Source: a virus
Taxonomy: Duplodnaviria > Heunggongvirae > Uroviricota > Caudoviricetes
Reading direction: 5' to 3' (one strand)
DNA length: 37,812 nt
Virus record (IMG/VR): IMGVR_UViG_2778261419_000004
Location: 1 to 37,812 of that record
The number at the start of each line of letters is the position of its first letter. Position 1 is the first letter of the stretch. Position numbers and translations under genes: made by a program. Below, one piece after another: positions 16,025 to 27,351 of this stretch. The notes beneath the pieces are model-generated. The model was not told where the DNA came from. It did not search any database and saw only the letters and a program-made list of their open reading frames with translations.

Positions 16025-16213
16025 ATGTCATCTCCAATCATGAAGTATTTCGCTTATCAACACCTCCCTGCGCATCTGCAGGAAGTAAGTAAGCCAATCG
16101 GTGAACTTGCGACACTGATGGATGAATCACTGCCGGACAGTGCTGAAAAGTCAGCAGGTCTCCGCAAGCTGCTCGAAGCTAAAGATGCGCTGGTGCGAGC
16201 AAAGCTGGGGTAA
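16025..16213 (+). CDS. Hypothetical protein downstream of Rz
   Basis: 62-aa track ORF; GAGGGT upstream; function unknown. Confidence 0.45.
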   Translation: MSSPIMKYFAYQHLPAHLQEVSKPIGELATLMDESLPDSAEKSAGLRKLLEAKDALVRAKLG

Positions 16214-16361
16214 GTCATTACAAAGCCTATCTACGGGTGGGCTTGATAATGAAACCGGAATTTATTCTGGGTAACCAGTTACGGCAGTACCGCGAAACAA
16301 CCCAAGCCAGTAAGTGGGGAAATAACACTGGCAGCCACTGAAAGATGAACCTCCTGCCTTA

Positions 16362-16799
<438 letters not shown>

Positions 16800-16835
16800 G
16801 ACGAACCGATTGATGCATTGAAAATTTTGCGTGTG

Positions 16836-16856
16836 AATTGATGTGTCTCATCAATT
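16836..16856. promoter_or_regulatory. 21-bp perfect palindrome upstream of the protease gene (operator-like)
   Basis: AATTGATG-TGTCT-CATCAATT about 55 bp before the ATG at 16912; a second ATTGATG copy lies at 16809-16815. Confidence 0.4.
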
Positions 16857-16911
16857 ATTCTGGTGGATGAACTCATTATGATTTTTCACTCACCGGTATC
16901 GGAGCAAATCG

Positions 16912-17646
16912 ATGCATCAAACTTTAGCCAACGCAACCTTTCAAGTCATCGCAGGGCAGTCTCTCGGCAGTGGCTTTAGCTTCCTGAGAGATGATTTAGT
17001 TATAACAAATTGGCATGTAATAAAATCATTGGTTGACATAACAACTAGCAGCACTCGCGGTCCAGTAACTTTGCTCACTGAATCTCATCAGAGTTTACAA
17101 GCTCAGATTCAACGCGTTGACATCGCAAACGACATTGCGGTGATGCAACTTTCAGAAGCACTGCCAGCGGGAAGGGTTGTTTTGCAGCCTTCACCTAACT
17201 TCACCCCAACAAGGGGAAAGCGTTTGATTTTTGCAGGCTATCCGCATGGTTTTTCTGATTTGTTAACAAGTGAAGCCATAATTTCAGCCCCAATGGAGGA
17301 CGGCAAGTTTGCTATCGATGGAATGGTAAACGGTGGCAATTCCGGAGGGCCCATTATTGAATTGGAGTCAGGGGATGTTGTTGGTATCGTAACCGAAAGA
17401 AGATACCCAGGAAAAGTTGAGGCTGATGCTATTGCTGAAAGATCCAAAAGACTTTTGGTAGAAATTGGGAACATGGGAGTGAATGTAAGCTTCGGTGGTG
17501 TGGATTTCGCGAGGGTTAACTCACTTTATGCAGAGTCACTGGCTACAATAGTCAAAATTCTGGAGTCTAATGCAAATCCTGGCATAGGTATCGGTTTCCC
17601 TATAAAGCCTATTATTGATGCAATCGCTACGCTCAAAGCTGAATAA
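16912..17646 (+). CDS. Cytoplasmic trypsin-like (chymotrypsin-fold) serine protease
   Basis: 244 aa; catalytic triad context TNWHV (His), NDIAVMQL (Asp), GNSGGPI (Ser); no signal peptide; GGAG 6 nt upstream; AT-rich; own terminator. Confidence 0.8.
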   Translation: MHQTLANATFQVIAGQSLGSGFSFLRDDLVITNWHVIKSLVDITTSSTRGPVTLLTESHQSLQAQIQRVDIANDIAVMQLSEALPAGRVVLQPSPNFTPTRGKRLIFAGYPHGFSDLLTSEAIISAPMEDGKFAIDGMVNGGNSGGPIIELESGDVVGIVTERRYPGKVEADAIAERSKRLLVEIGNMGVNVSFGGVDFARVNSLYAESLATIVKILESNANPGIGIGFPIKPIIDAIATLKAE

Positions 17647-17678
17647 TATTATCTTTATCATAGTCATCATTTAAAAAG

Positions 17679-17701
17679 GTCTCGCATTGCGGGGCTTTTT
17701 A
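17679..17701 (+). terminator. Rho-independent terminator candidate after the protease gene
   Basis: GTCTCGC-ATT-GCGGGGC stem (two G-U pairs) followed by TTTTTA. Confidence 0.45.
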
Positions 17702-17807
17702 TTGCCATCACAAAAGCCATTCCCTACAGAGTGGCTTTGATAATGGCTTATACCCTGCACGGGATAACTTAACTGATATCCCTTTTAACGGATAAACGGA
17801 GCCAACA

Positions 17808-18050
17808 ATGGCAGAGATTATTCCCATGACTGAAGAACAGAAATTCCAGTTAGAGATTTACAAAATGGTCATGAACCAGAACGCACCCGCAGAGGAAGCA
17901 TTTCAGTTCATTGGTACTGACGAGCTGAAGCTTGAGCTATTCAAAATTCACTTCCAGTCAGGCGGCGCTAATTCAGATATCACGACCCGCACTATCGAAG
18001 CGGTGCGTAAATCGAAGGAAGCGTTAGACCTGTTCACTACCGGAGCATGA
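17808..18050 (+). CDS. Hypothetical protein upstream of terS (80 aa)
   Basis: Track ORF with GGAG upstream; size matches small ORFs recalled upstream of gene 3 in P22-like phages. Confidence 0.5.
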   Translation: MAEIIPMTEEQKFQLEIYKMVMNQNAPAEEAFQFIGTDELKLELFKIHFQSGGANSDITTRTIEAVRKSKEALDLFTTGA

Positions 18051-18051
18051 T

Positions 18052-18231
18052 GTGAGCCGCGTAATCAATTTGGGTAAGGAGAAGAAATTCCCAATTACTC
18101 AAGAGCTATACGAGCGGCTGGAAAGCGTCATTCATGATTACGATGGTGAAATCAGTTTATGCGAGGCGATTGGCACACTTGAATTGCTGAAGCAGTCACT
18201 GATTGAAAGCGCGAAAGAGTCCTTAACCTGA
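18052..18231 (+). CDS. Hypothetical small protein (59 aa, GTG start)
   Basis: Hand-translated SRVINLGKEKKFPITQELYERLESVIHDYDGEISLCEAIGTLELLKQSLIESAKESLT; starts 2 nt after the previous stop. Not in the track. Confidence 0.3.
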   Translation: MSRVINLGKEKKFPITQELYERLESVIHDYDGEISLCEAIGTLELLKQSLIESAKESLT

Positions 18232-18254
18232 AATAACAACTAAGTGAGATGAAT

Positions 18255-18743
18255 ATGGCAGCACCAAAGGGCAACCGATTTTGGGAGGCCCGCAGTAGTC
18301 ATGGGCGAAATCCTAAATTCGAATCGCCTGAGGCGCTGTGGGCTGCTTGTTGTGAATACTTCGAGTGGGTAGAAGCTAACCCGCTATGGGAGATGAAGGC
18401 GTTCTCGTATCAGGGTGAAGTGATACAAGAGCCTATCGCCAAGATGCGAGCGATGACCATTACCGGCCTCACTCTGTTCATTGATGTGACGCTTGAAACA
18501 TGGCGCACATATCGCCTGCGAGAAGATTTATCTGAAGTCGTTACGCGAGCAGAACAGGTCATCTACGACCAGAAATTCTCTGGCGCAGCCGCTGACCTTC
18601 TCAACGCTAACATCATCGCCCGTGATTTGGGCCTCAAAGAGCAGTCGCAAGTTGAAGACGTGACACCTGATAAGGGAGATCGCGATAAGCGGCGCTCTCG
18701 TATCAAGGAGCTATTCAACCGTGGAACTGGACGCGATTCTTGA
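18255..18743 (+). CDS. terS: Terminase small subunit (P22 gp3-like)
   Basis: 162 aa from the second [25 protein letters not shown]...; matches P22 gp3 in size and recalled N-terminus. Confidence 0.75.
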   Translation: MAAPKGNRFWEARSSHGRNPKFESPEALWAACCEYFEWVEANPLWEMKAFSYQGEVIQEPIAKMRAMTITGLTLFIDVTLETWRTYRLREDLSEVVTRAEQVIYDQKFSGAAADLLNANIIARDLGLKEQSQVEDVTPDKGDRDKRRSRIKELFNRGTGRDS

Positions 18744-20220
18744 TAACTTGAGCGACGAAGAGCAAATCGAATTGCTCGAGCTACTCGAAGAAGAAGAGAA
18801 CTACCGTAACACACACCTGCTATATGAATTTACGCCATACAGCAAACAGCGTGAGTTCATCGACGCCGGACATGACTATCCAGAGCGATGTTTTATGGCT
18901 GGTAACCAGCTTGGTAAGTCATTTACTGGTGCTGCTGAAGTCGCGTTTCACCTTACCGGGCGTTATCCGGGCACAAAAGGCTATCCTGTTGATGGTAAAT
19001 ATGGCGGTGAGTGGAAAGGTAAGCGTTTCTATGAGCCTGTTGTCTTCTGGATTGGCGGCGAGACAAACGAGACTGTAACCAAAACGACTCAACGCATCCT
19101 GTGCGGTCGTATCGAAGAGAATGATGAGCCTGGCTACGGTTCCATACCGAAAGAAGACATCATTAGCTGGAAGAAGTCTCCTTTCTTTCCGAACCTTGTT
19201 GATCACCTTCTGGTTAAGCATCACACGGCTGATGGCGTTGAAGATGGCATTTCAATCTGCTACTTCAAACCATACTCGCAAGGCCGTGCTCGCTGGCAGG
19301 GTGACACAATCCACGGCGTGTGGTTTGACGAAGAGCCACCATACAGCATTTATGGCGAAGGTCTTACCCGTACCAACAAATACGGGCAATTCTCAATTCT
19401 GACGTTTACCCCTCTGATGGGGATGTCTGACGTTGTTACCAAGTTCCTGAAGAATCCCAGCAAGTCGCAGAAAGTGGTCAACATGACCATCTACGACGCT
19501 GAGCACTACACCGACGAGCAGAAAGAGCAAATCATCGCATCCTATCCCGAGCATGAGAGAGAGGCGCGTGCTCGCGGTATTCCTACGATGGGTAGTGGTC
19601 GAATCTTCCAGATACCGGAAGAGACGATTAAGTGTCAGCCGTTCGAGTGTCCTGATCACTTCTACGTAATTGGCGGGATGGATTTCGGATGGGATCACCC
19701 ACAGGCGCAGGTTCAGCTTTGGTGGGATAAGGACGCAGACACAATCTACGTTTCACGCGTGTGGAAGGCGAAAGAAAAAACAGCTGTTCAGGCATGGGGA
19801 GCTGTTAAATCATGGGCGCATAAAGTGCCAACCGCATGGCCTCATGACGGAAACCAGCATGAGAAGGGCGGCGGTGAGCAGCTCAAAGGGCAGTACGCAG
19901 ACGCTGGATTTATGATGTTGCAGGAGCATGCGACATGGCCTGATGGAGGTAATGCTGTTGAGCCTGGAATCACTGAATTGCGAGACATGATGCTCGACGG
20001 TCGCTTCAAAGTGTTCAACACCTGTGAGCCATTCTTTGAGGAGTTCCGCCTCTATCACCGCGATGAAAACGGGAAAATCGTCAAGCTTAACGACGACGTG
20101 CTATCCGCCGTTCGCTATGCATACATGATGCGCCGCTTCGCAAAAATGATGCGCGACATCAAAAAACCCAAAGAGAAAAAGATACCAGCCCCAATCAGGC
20201 CCATCGCACGGAGAACTTAA
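18721..20220 (+). CDS. terL: Terminase large subunit (P22 gp2-like)
   Basis: 499 aa, same as P22 gp2; GTG start [25 protein letters not shown] overlaps the terS end. Confidence 0.9.
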   Translation: MELDAILDNLSDEEQIELLELLEEEENYRNTHLLYEFTPYSKQREFIDAGHDYPERCFMAGNQLGKSFTGAAEVAFHLTGRYPGTKGYPVDGKYGGEWKGKRFYEPVVFWIGGETNETVTKTTQRILCGRIEENDEPGYGSIPKEDIISWKKSPFFPNLVDHLLVKHHTADGVEDGISICYFKPYSQGRARWQGDTIHGVWFDEEPPYSIYGEGLTRTNKYGQFSILTFTPLMGMSDVVTKFLKNPSKSQKVVNMTIYDAEHYTDEQKEQIIASYPEHEREARARGIPTMGSGRIFQIPEETIKCQPFECPDHFYVIGGMDFGWDHPQAQVQLWWDKDADTIYVSRVWKAKEKTAVQAWGAVKSWAHKVPTAWPHDGNQHEKGGGEQLKGQYADAGFMMLQEHATWPDGGNAVEPGITELRDMMLDGRFKVFNTCEPFFEEFRLYHRDENGKIVKLNDDVLSAVRYAYMMRRFAKMMRDIKKPKEKKIPAPIRPIARRT

Positions 20221-22386
20221 ATGGCCGACGAAAACAGACTCAATTCCATTCTGTGTAAGTTTGACGCGGACTGGATGGCGAGCGATGAAGCCAGAACCGA
20301 GGCGACAAATGACCTGTATTTTAGCCGAGTGTCGCAATGGGATGACTGGCTATCAAACTACACCACCCTGCAATATCGCGGACAATTCGATGTTGTTCGC
20401 CCGGTGGTCAGGAAACTGGTCGCAGAGATGCGGCGGAACCCTATCGACGTTCTATTCAGACCAAAAGACGGCGCTAATCCTGATGCTGCCGATGTGTTGA
20501 TGGGAATGTATCGTACCGATATGCGCCATAACACGGCAAAAATTGCCGTTAACGTTGGCGTTCGTGAGCAGATAGAGTCCGGCGTTGGTGCATGGCGTCT
20601 GGTCACGCAGTACGAAGACAACGATCCAACAAGCAACAATCAGGTAATCCGACGCCTTCCAATCCATGAAGCCTGCTCACACGTCATATGGGACGCCAAT
20701 AGCAAGCAGATGGATAAGAGCGACGCTAAGCACTGCACGGTGATTAACGCCTTGTCGCGCAATGGCTGGAAAGAGTTCGCAGAGGATTACGGTATTGATC
20801 CTGACACCCTGCCATCTTTCCAGAATCCGAACGATACATGGCTGTTTCCGTGGGTATCGAATGATGTCGTCTACGTCGCTGAGTATTACGAGGTCGAAGA
20901 GAAGAAGGAGAAAGTCTTCATCTACCGCGACCCGCTGACAGGTGAGCCGGTCAGCTATTACCAGCAGGATATCAAAGACGTCATCGACGACCTGGCTAAT
21001 CGTGGATTCATTAAGGTAGCAGAGCGTAAGGTGAAGCGTCGTCGTGTGTATAAGTCGATCATCACCTGCACGCAGATACTGAAAGACCGAGAAAAGATAG
21101 CCGGAGAGCATATCCCAATCGTTCCAGTGTATGGAGAATGGTCATTCGCTGGTGACAAGGAGTGCTACGAGGGAGTGGTAAGGCTGACGAAAGACGGTCA
21201 ACGCCTTCGTAACATGATCATGTCGTTCAACGCCGATATTGTTGCTCGTTCACCGAAGAAGAAACCTACCTTCTTCCCTGAGCAAATCGAAGGCTACGAA
21301 TACATGTACGGTGGAAATGATGACTATCCGTACTATCTGCAGAACAGGACCGATGAAAACGGTAACGACCTTCCGATTGGTCCAATCTCCTACATGGAAA
21401 ACCCTGAAGTGCCGCAAGCCAACGCTTACATGCTTGAGGCTGCCACCAACGCAGTGAAAGAGGTGGCTAGTCTTGGTGTGGATGCGCAGGCAGCAAACTC
21501 TCAGGTCGCTTTTGATACCGTCAATCAACTGAACATGCGGGCAGACCTTGAGACATACGTGTTTCAGGATAACCTGGCTACCGCAATGCGACGTGATGGC
21601 GAGATTTATGCCTCAATGGTCAACGATATTTATGACGTTCCTCGTCATGTAACGCTGACACTTGAAGATGGTAGCGAGAAAGACGTTCAACTATACGCGC
21701 AAGTTGTAGATTACCAGTCCGGTAATGTGGTCACACTCAACGACATTCGCGGTCGCTATGAGTGCTATACAGACGTTGGACCATCCTTCCAGAGTATGAA
21801 GGAACAGAACCGCGCAGAGATTCAGGAGTTGCTCACCAAGGTTCCGCAAGGTACTCCAGAGTTCCAGATGCTGATGCTGCAATACTTCACGCTGCTTGAC
21901 GGTAAAGGCGTCGAGATGATGCGAGAGTACGCGAACAAGCAACTGGTGATGATGGGGCTGAAGAAACCAGAAACACCTGAAGAGATGGAGATGGTACAGC
22001 AGGCTCAACAGCAGCCGCAGCAGCCATCAGCAGAGCAAATTCAGGCGCAGGGTATCCTTCTGCAAGGTCAGGCTGAATTGCTCAAGGCAGAGAACCAACA
22101 GGCGCAGATTCAGGTTGAAGCCGCCAAGGTTGAAGCCCAAAACCAACTCAACGCCGCGAAGATTGCGGAAATCTTCAACAATATGGACCTCGACAAGCAG
22201 GCAGAACTGCGTGAGTACCTCAAGCTCGTAGGTCAATTCCAGCAACAGCGCAGCAAAGATGCTCGCGCTAACGCTGAGCTGCTTCTTAAAGATGCAGACC
22301 AGACTCATTCACAACGCATGGATTTCGCGAATCTTATGCGTCAAGTTCAAATCCCCTCCGGCGGAGTAGCCGAGACACCTCAATAA
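20221..22386 (+). CDS. Portal protein (P22 gp1-like)
   Basis: 721 aa; long stretches match P22 portal as recalled ([46 protein letters not shown]). Confidence 0.9.
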   Translation: MADENRLNSILCKFDADWMASDEARTEATNDLYFSRVSQWDDWLSNYTTLQYRGQFDVVRPVVRKLVAEMRRNPIDVLFRPKDGANPDAADVLMGMYRTDMRHNTAKIAVNVGVREQIESGVGAWRLVTQYEDNDPTSNNQVIRRLPIHEACSHVIWDANSKQMDKSDAKHCTVINALSRNGWKEFAEDYGIDPDTLPSFQNPNDTWLFPWVSNDVVYVAEYYEVEEKKEKVFIYRDPLTGEPVSYYQQDIKDVIDDLANRGFIKVAERKVKRRRVYKSIITCTQILKDREKIAGEHIPIVPVYGEWSFAGDKECYEGVVRLTKDGQRLRNMIMSFNADIVARSPKKKPTFFPEQIEGYEYMYGGNDDYPYYLQNRTDENGNDLPIGPISYMENPEVPQANAYMLEAATNAVKEVASLGVDAQAANSQVAFDTVNQLNMRADLETYVFQDNLATAMRRDGEIYASMVNDIYDVPRHVTLTLEDGSEKDVQLYAQVVDYQSGNVVTLNDIRGRYECYTDVGPSFQSMKEQNRAEIQELLTKVPQGTPEFQMLMLQYFTLLDGKGVEMMREYANKQLVMMGLKKPETPEEMEMVQQAQQQPQQPSAEQIQAQGILLQGQAELLKAENQQAQIQVEAAKVEAQNQLNAAKIAEIFNNMDLDKQAELREYLKLVGQFQQQRSKDARANAELLLKDADQTHSQRMDFANLMRQVQIPSGGVAETPQ

Positions 22387-22399
22387 GAGAGAGTTAATC

Positions 22400-23311
22400 A
22401 TGGACCAAACCACCGACATTCAGGCTTCTGAAGAATTAACCATGTCCGGCAATCATGCAGCGGCATCTGCTGATGGCTTAGTTGTCGATAATGCCAACGA
22501 TAACACAGGTCAGGAAGAAGGCTTCGAGATTGTCCTGAAAGACGATGAGAAACCAAAACAAGACCCGGCAACTAATGCTGAATTTGCCCGTCGCCGCATC
22601 GAACGCAAACGCCAGCGTGAGCTTGAGCAGCAGATGGAAGCGGTTAAGCGTGGAGAATTGCCGGAGCACCTGCGGGTGAACCCTGAGTTACCGAAACAAC
22701 CAGACCCTAACGATTATCTTTCCGAAGATGCACTGGCTAAGTACGACTATGACCAGAGCCGCGCACTGGCTGCCTTCCAGCAGGCAAACAGTGAATGGCA
22801 GATCAAGGCTATGGACGCACGAAGCCAGGCTGTCGCCGAGCAGGGTCGCAAAACTCAGGAGTTCACCCAGCAATCAGCGCAATACGTCGAGGCAGCCCGT
22901 AAGCACTACGACGCAGCGGAAAAGCTCAATATCCCTGACTATCAGGAGAAAGAGGATGCATTCATGCAACTGGTGCCGCCAGCAGTCGGTGCCGACATCA
23001 TGCGCCTCTTCCCGGAGAAATCCGCTGCTCTCATGTATCACCTTGGTGCTAATCCTGAGAAAACACGCCAGTTGCTGGCGATGGACGGGCAATCCGCGCT
23101 GATTGAACTCACTCGACTGTCAGAACGTTTAACTCTCAAGCCTCGAGCCAAGCCTGTTTCAGAAGCCCCGTTACCTGATGAACCCATTCAGGGGCACGCT
23201 GTTGCTGCAAATATCTCTGCGATTGAAAAGCAGATGGAAGCGGCAGCAAACAAAGGGGATGTAGAGACGTACCGCAAGCTCAAGGCTCAACTCAATAAAG
23301 GAATTCGATAA
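22400..23311 (+). CDS. Scaffolding protein (P22 gp8-like)
   Basis: 303 aa as in P22 gp8; acidic helical composition; C-terminal [27 protein letters not shown]. Confidence 0.85.
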   Translation: MDQTTDIQASEELTMSGNHAAASADGLVVDNANDNTGQEEGFEIVLKDDEKPKQDPATNAEFARRRIERKRQRELEQQMEAVKRGELPEHLRVNPELPKQPDPNDYLSEDALAKYDYDQSRALAAFQQANSEWQIKAMDARSQAVAEQGRKTQEFTQQSAQYVEAARKHYDAAEKLNIPDYQEKEDAFMQLVPPAVGADIMRLFPEKSAALMYHLGANPEKTRQLLAMDGQSALIELTRLSERLTLKPRAKPVSEAPLPDEPIQGHAVAANISAIEKQMEAAANKGDVETYRKLKAQLNKGIR

Positions 23312-24606
23312 TGGCATTAAATGAAGGTCAACTGGTCACGTATGCTCTGGATGAAATCATCGAAACCGTCCAGAACCTGACGCCAATGGCGTCCAAAGTG
23401 ACAAAATACACCCCTCCGGCAGAATCCATGCAACGTTCAAGCAACACCGTGTGGATGCCTGTTGAGCAGGAAGCGCCAACTCAGACTGGCTGGGATTTAA
23501 CGGGCAACGCAACCGGGATTCTGGAACTCTCCGTGAAATGCAACATGGGCGATCCGGATAACGATTTCTTCGAGCTTCGTGCAGATGACCTGCGTGATGA
23601 GCGTTCTTACCGTCGCCGCATCCAGGCATCCGCCAAAAAACTGGCGAATAACATTGAGTCAGCGATTGCCAAACAGGCAACTGAAATGGGCTCGCTTGTT
23701 GTTCACGATACCCGCGCAATTGGTCCATCTACTGGCCTGTCTGGCTGGGATTTTGTGTCTGATGCAGAGCGCCTGATGTTCTCCCGTGAGCTAAACCGCG
23801 ATATGGGCATCAGTTACTTCCTGAACCCTGACGATTACCGCAAAGCAGGCCGAAACCTGGTAGATGGCGACATCTTCGGGCGAGTTCCTGAAGAAGCGTA
23901 TCGCAACGGTACTATTCAGCGTCAGATTGCTGGCTTTGATGAAATTCTTCGCTCACCGAAACTTCCGGCAGTTACCAAGTCAACCGCTACTGGTGTAACT
24001 GTTTCTGGTGCGCAGAAGTTTAAGCCGCAGGCATACACTCTTGATACCGATGGTAACAAAGAGAACGTCGACAACCGTGTTGCAACGGTGACCGTATCCT
24101 CCACCACCGGATTTAAGCGCGGCGACAAAATCAGCTTCACTGGTGTGAAATTCCTGTCTCAGATGGCGAAGAACGTGCTGACTGATGATGCTACTTTCTC
24201 AATCACCCGTGTGATCGATGGTACTCACATCGAAATCACGCCGAAGCCGATTGCGCTTGATGACGCGTCACTGACAAAAGAAGAGAAGGCTTACGCTAAC
24301 GTAAACACCTCTCTTGCTGATACCACTCCGGTAAACGTTCTGAACGTGGCAACAACCACCGCTAATGTGTTCTGGGCTGATGACTCAATCCGTCTGCTGT
24401 CTCAGCCGATCCCGGTAACCCATGAACTGTTTGCTGGCATGAAAACGTCTTCCTTCAGCATTCCTGGTATTGGTGTTAACGGCATCTTCGCAACGCAGGG
24501 TGATATCAACACTCTGTCTGGTAAGTGCCGTATTGCTGTGTGGTATTCAGCATGTGCTGTACGACCAGAGGCAATTGGTGTTGGTCTGTCTAACCAGACC
24601 GCGTGA
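23311..24606 (+). CDS. Major coat protein (P22 gp5-like)
   Basis: 431 aa; [20 protein letters not shown]... and C-terminal [30 protein letters not shown] match the P22 coat as recalled. Confidence 0.9.
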   Translation: MALNEGQLVTYALDEIIETVQNLTPMASKVTKYTPPAESMQRSSNTVWMPVEQEAPTQTGWDLTGNATGILELSVKCNMGDPDNDFFELRADDLRDERSYRRRIQASAKKLANNIESAIAKQATEMGSLVVHDTRAIGPSTGLSGWDFVSDAERLMFSRELNRDMGISYFLNPDDYRKAGRNLVDGDIFGRVPEEAYRNGTIQRQIAGFDEILRSPKLPAVTKSTATGVTVSGAQKFKPQAYTLDTDGNKENVDNRVATVTVSSTTGFKRGDKISFTGVKFLSQMAKNVLTDDATFSITRVIDGTHIEITPKPIALDDASLTKEEKAYANVNTSLADTTPVNVLNVATTTANVFWADDSIRLLSQPIPVTHELFAGMKTSSFSIPGIGVNGIFATQGDINTLSGKCRIAVWYSACAVRPEAIGVGLSNQTA

Positions 24607-24614
24607 TAACCAGA

Positions 24615-24637
24615 GGGAGCTTCGGCTCCCTTTTTTA
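24615..24637 (+). terminator. Rho-independent terminator after the coat gene
   Basis: GGGAGC-TTCG-GCTCCC hairpin followed by TTTTTT. Confidence 0.8.
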
Positions 24638-24650
24638 TCTGGAGACAAGC

Positions 24651-24887
24651 ATGACACACATGATCTTTCGTCATGGCGACATGAAGAAGTGGAAAGGCGT
24701 TGGCTATGACTTTGAAATCGTGAAAGCCGAAGAGCTTCAGGAATATCTGGATGCTGGTTGGTTTTCACATCCTGATGACCTTTTGAAGGATGTCGCAGAT
24801 CCAGAGCCAGAGCCAGAAGAAAAACAGCGTAAAAAGCCTGGTCGAAAACCTAAGGCGGCAGCAGATGAACCTGACAACGAAGGGTGA
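24651..24887 (+). CDS. Hypothetical small protein between coat and gp4 genes
   Basis: 78 aa from the ATG at 24651 (GGAGA upstream); Pro/Glu-rich C-terminus; overlaps the gp4 start. Confidence 0.4.
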   Translation: MTHMIFRHGDMKKWKGVGYDFEIVKAEELQEYLDAGWFSHPDDLLKDVADPEPEPEEKQRKKPGRKPKAAADEPDNEG

Positions 24888-25365
24888 TTTAGTCCTTGCG
24901 GCATTACGTAAGCTCGGTGTGGCATCAAATGCCACGTTAACCGATGTCGAACCGCAGTCTATGGAAGACGGCGTCAACGACCTTGAAATGATGATGGCTG
25001 AATGGCTTGGAGGTGATGCGTCACCTGGTATCAACGTTGGCTACATTTTCGCTGATGCAGATGTCGCTCCGGATCCTGGCGATGAGCACGGTTTGTCAAA
25101 TAACGCTATCAATGCCGTCATTTTCAACCTTGCCTGCCGCATTGCTCCAGATTATGCGCTGGAAGCGTCTGCAAAACTTATAACCACTGCCAGATACGGG
25201 AAAGAGCGACTCGTCAAACTGTCTGCAATGGACAGAGCAAAAGCCGCTAAATGTAAGTCCGGTTATCCAAACCGTATGCCTGTTGGTAGCGGTAACCAGT
25301 TGGCGAAGTGGAACGGTTGGAATTACTTCCACCGGAAGGAACCTTGCGATAACGGGAGCGAATAA
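24865..25365 (+). CDS. Tail adaptor / head completion protein (P22 gp4-like)
   Basis: 166 aa as in P22 gp4; [43 protein letters not shown] matches the recalled gp4 N-terminus. Confidence 0.85.
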   Translation: MNLTTKGDLVLAALRKLGVASNATLTDVEPQSMEDGVNDLEMMMAEWLGGDASPGINVGYIFADADVAPDPGDEHGLSNNAINAVIFNLACRIAPDYALEASAKLITTARYGKERLVKLSAMDRAKAAKCKSGYPNRMPVGSGNQLAKWNGWNYFHRKEPCDNGSE

Positions 25366-26784
25366 ATGCCGATTCAGCAACTTCCGCTTATGAAAGGTGT
25401 CGGCAAAGACTTTCGAAACGCCGACTATATCGACTATCTGCCAGTGAATATGCTGGCTACACCCAAAGAAATCCTGAACAGCAGCGGATATCTTCGCTCA
25501 TTCCCTGGCATTGCCAAACGCTCTGATGTAAACGGTTTATCGCGCGGAGTCGAGTACAACATGGCGCAGAATGCTGTTTATCGTGTGTGTGGTGGCAAGC
25601 TGTACAAAGGAGAAAGCGAAGTCGGTGACGTCGCCGGAAGTGGTCGCGTATCAATGGCACATGGTCGGACATCTCAGGCTGTAGGCGTTAATGGTCAACT
25701 GGTCGAGTATCGCTATAATGGCACGGTTAAAACCGTCTCAAACTGGCCTACAGACAGCGGATTCACTCAGTATGAGTTAGGCTCAGTCCGTGACATTACG
25801 CGCTTACGTGGGCGTTATGCGTGGTCAAAAGACGGCACTGATTCATGGTTTATCACTGACCTTGAAGACGAATCGCATCCTGACCGTTACAGCGCACAAT
25901 ATCGCGCAGAATCGCAGCCGGACGGCATCATCGGTATCGGCACATGGCGAGACTTCATAGTCTGCTTTGGTTCGTCGACGATTGAATATTTCTCCCTGAC
26001 GGGGTCAACCACCGTTGGTGCCGCTTTGTATGTCGCACAGCCATCATTGATGGTGCAGAAAGGTATTGCCGGGACTTACTGCAAAACGCCGTTTGCTGAT
26101 TCGTATGCGTTCATCAGCAATCCGGCAACTGGTGCGCCGTCTGTATACATCATTGGCTCCGGTCAGGTGTCACCAATCGCCAGCGCGAGCATTGAGAAAA
26201 TTCTCCGCTCCTACACTGCTGATGAACTGGCTGATGGTGTGATGGAATCGCTGCGATTTGATGCGCATGAACTACTGATTATCCATCTTACGCGTCACGT
26301 CCTCGTGTACGACGCATCTTCAAGCGCCAATGGTCCGCAATGGTGTGTGCTGAAAACGGGCCTGTATGACGATGTGTACCGCGCTATCGACTTCATTTAC
26401 GAAGGCAATCAGATAACGTGCGGCGATAAGATGGAGTCCGTGACCGGGAAATTGCAATTCGATGTATCTTCACAATACGAAAAACAACAAGAGCATATTT
26501 TATATTCCCCTCTAATAAAGGCTGATAACGTTTTAATAAATGACCTTGAATTAGAAACATCTGGCGGCGTGTGTGATAGAATAGATAGAATATTTATATC
26601 AGCCACTACAGATGGAATTAATTACGGTCATGAGCAAATGATTGTATTACAAAAACCATTTGTATATGACAATCGCGTTTTATGGCGAAAGGTTGGTCGA
26701 GTTAGACGCCTCATTGGATTTAAATTCAGAGTTATTGCAAAAGGTCCTGTTACATTATCAGGCCTTTCTATTCGTGTAACATAA
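25366..26784 (+). CDS. Tail hub protein (P22 gp10-like) with AT-rich divergent 3' end
   Basis: 472 aa as in P22 gp10, in the expected position; the final ~320 nt are strongly AT-rich compared with the rest of the gene. Confidence 0.8.
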   Translation: MPIQQLPLMKGVGKDFRNADYIDYLPVNMLATPKEILNSSGYLRSFPGIAKRSDVNGLSRGVEYNMAQNAVYRVCGGKLYKGESEVGDVAGSGRVSMAHGRTSQAVGVNGQLVEYRYNGTVKTVSNWPTDSGFTQYELGSVRDITRLRGRYAWSKDGTDSWFITDLEDESHPDRYSAQYRAESQPDGIIGIGTWRDFIVCFGSSTIEYFSLTGSTTVGAALYVAQPSLMVQKGIAGTYCKTPFADSYAFISNPATGAPSVYIIGSGQVSPIASASIEKILRSYTADELADGVMESLRFDAHELLIIHLTRHVLVYDASSSANGPQWCVLKTGLYDDVYRAIDFIYEGNQITCGDKMESVTGKLQFDVSSQYEKQQEHILYSPLIKADNVLINDLELETSGGVCDRIDRIFISATTDGINYGHEQMIVLQKPFVYDNRVLWRKVGRVRRLIGFKFRVIAKGPVTLSGLSIRVT

Positions 26785-26805
26785 ATCGAAACTAAAGGAG
26801 TAGAT

Positions 26806-27351
26806 ATGTTGAGTGAAAACGCAAAAGATATTCCTGGATATGAAGGTTTATATGCCGTAACAGAGGATGGTCGAGTATATTCTCACTCACGTGTTGTTAA
26901 GGCTGCGCATGGCAGCACGCAACTCAGAAAGGGGCGGTGGCTAAAACAACACGAGAATAATAAAGGTTATCTATATTTGCCACTTAGTGTTGATGGAGTT
27001 AAAGTAAAATGGCTTGTGCATAGGCTTGTCGCTCTTGCTTTCGTCCCCAATCCAGAAGGCAAGCCGTTCATAAATCACATAGATAACAACCGAAAAAATA
27101 ATAATGCTTCTAATTTAGAGTGGTGTACTCAAAAGGAAAATATGAAGCATTGCTCATCTCAAGGCAGGGTGAAGTTTCCGGCTTTAAAAGGAGAAAATAA
27201 TCCAATTTCAAAGCTCTCATATGAGCAAGTAATAGAAATAAAGAAATCAAAGGGAGTTAATCAAAGAGAGCTTGCTAAAAAATACTGTGTCAGTCAGACG
27301 GTGATTCACAATATCCAGTCTGGTAAATCGTGGAGGCATGTTAATGGCTGA
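26806..27351 (+). CDS. HNH homing endonuclease (NUMOD4 plus HNH plus C-terminal HTH)
   Basis: 181 aa; NUMOD4-like [19 protein letters not shown]; [27 protein letters not shown]; C-terminal HTH-like [25 protein letters not shown]; AT-rich. Confidence 0.8.
   Translation: MLSENAKDIPGYEGLYAVTEDGRVYSHSRVVKAAHGSTQLRKGRWLKQHENNKGYLYLPLSVDGVKVKWLVHRLVALAFVPNPEGKPFINHIDNNRKNNNASNLEWCTQKENMKHCSSQGRVKFPALKGENNPISKLSYEQVIEIKKSKGVNQRELAKKYCVSQTVIHNIQSGKSWRHVNG

Noticed and set aside
16836-16856. Palindrome upstream of the protease as a LexA (SOS) box
   Set aside because: Sequence AATTGATG-N5-CATCAATT does not fit the CTGT-N8-ACAG consensus; kept as an operator-like site for an unknown regulator.
20677-21111. 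144-aa antisense track ORF inside the portal gene (and similar antisense frames in the terminase, ejection-protein and tailspike genes)
   Set aside because: Embedded in conserved structural genes on the opposite strand; no ribosome-binding site or domain evidence.
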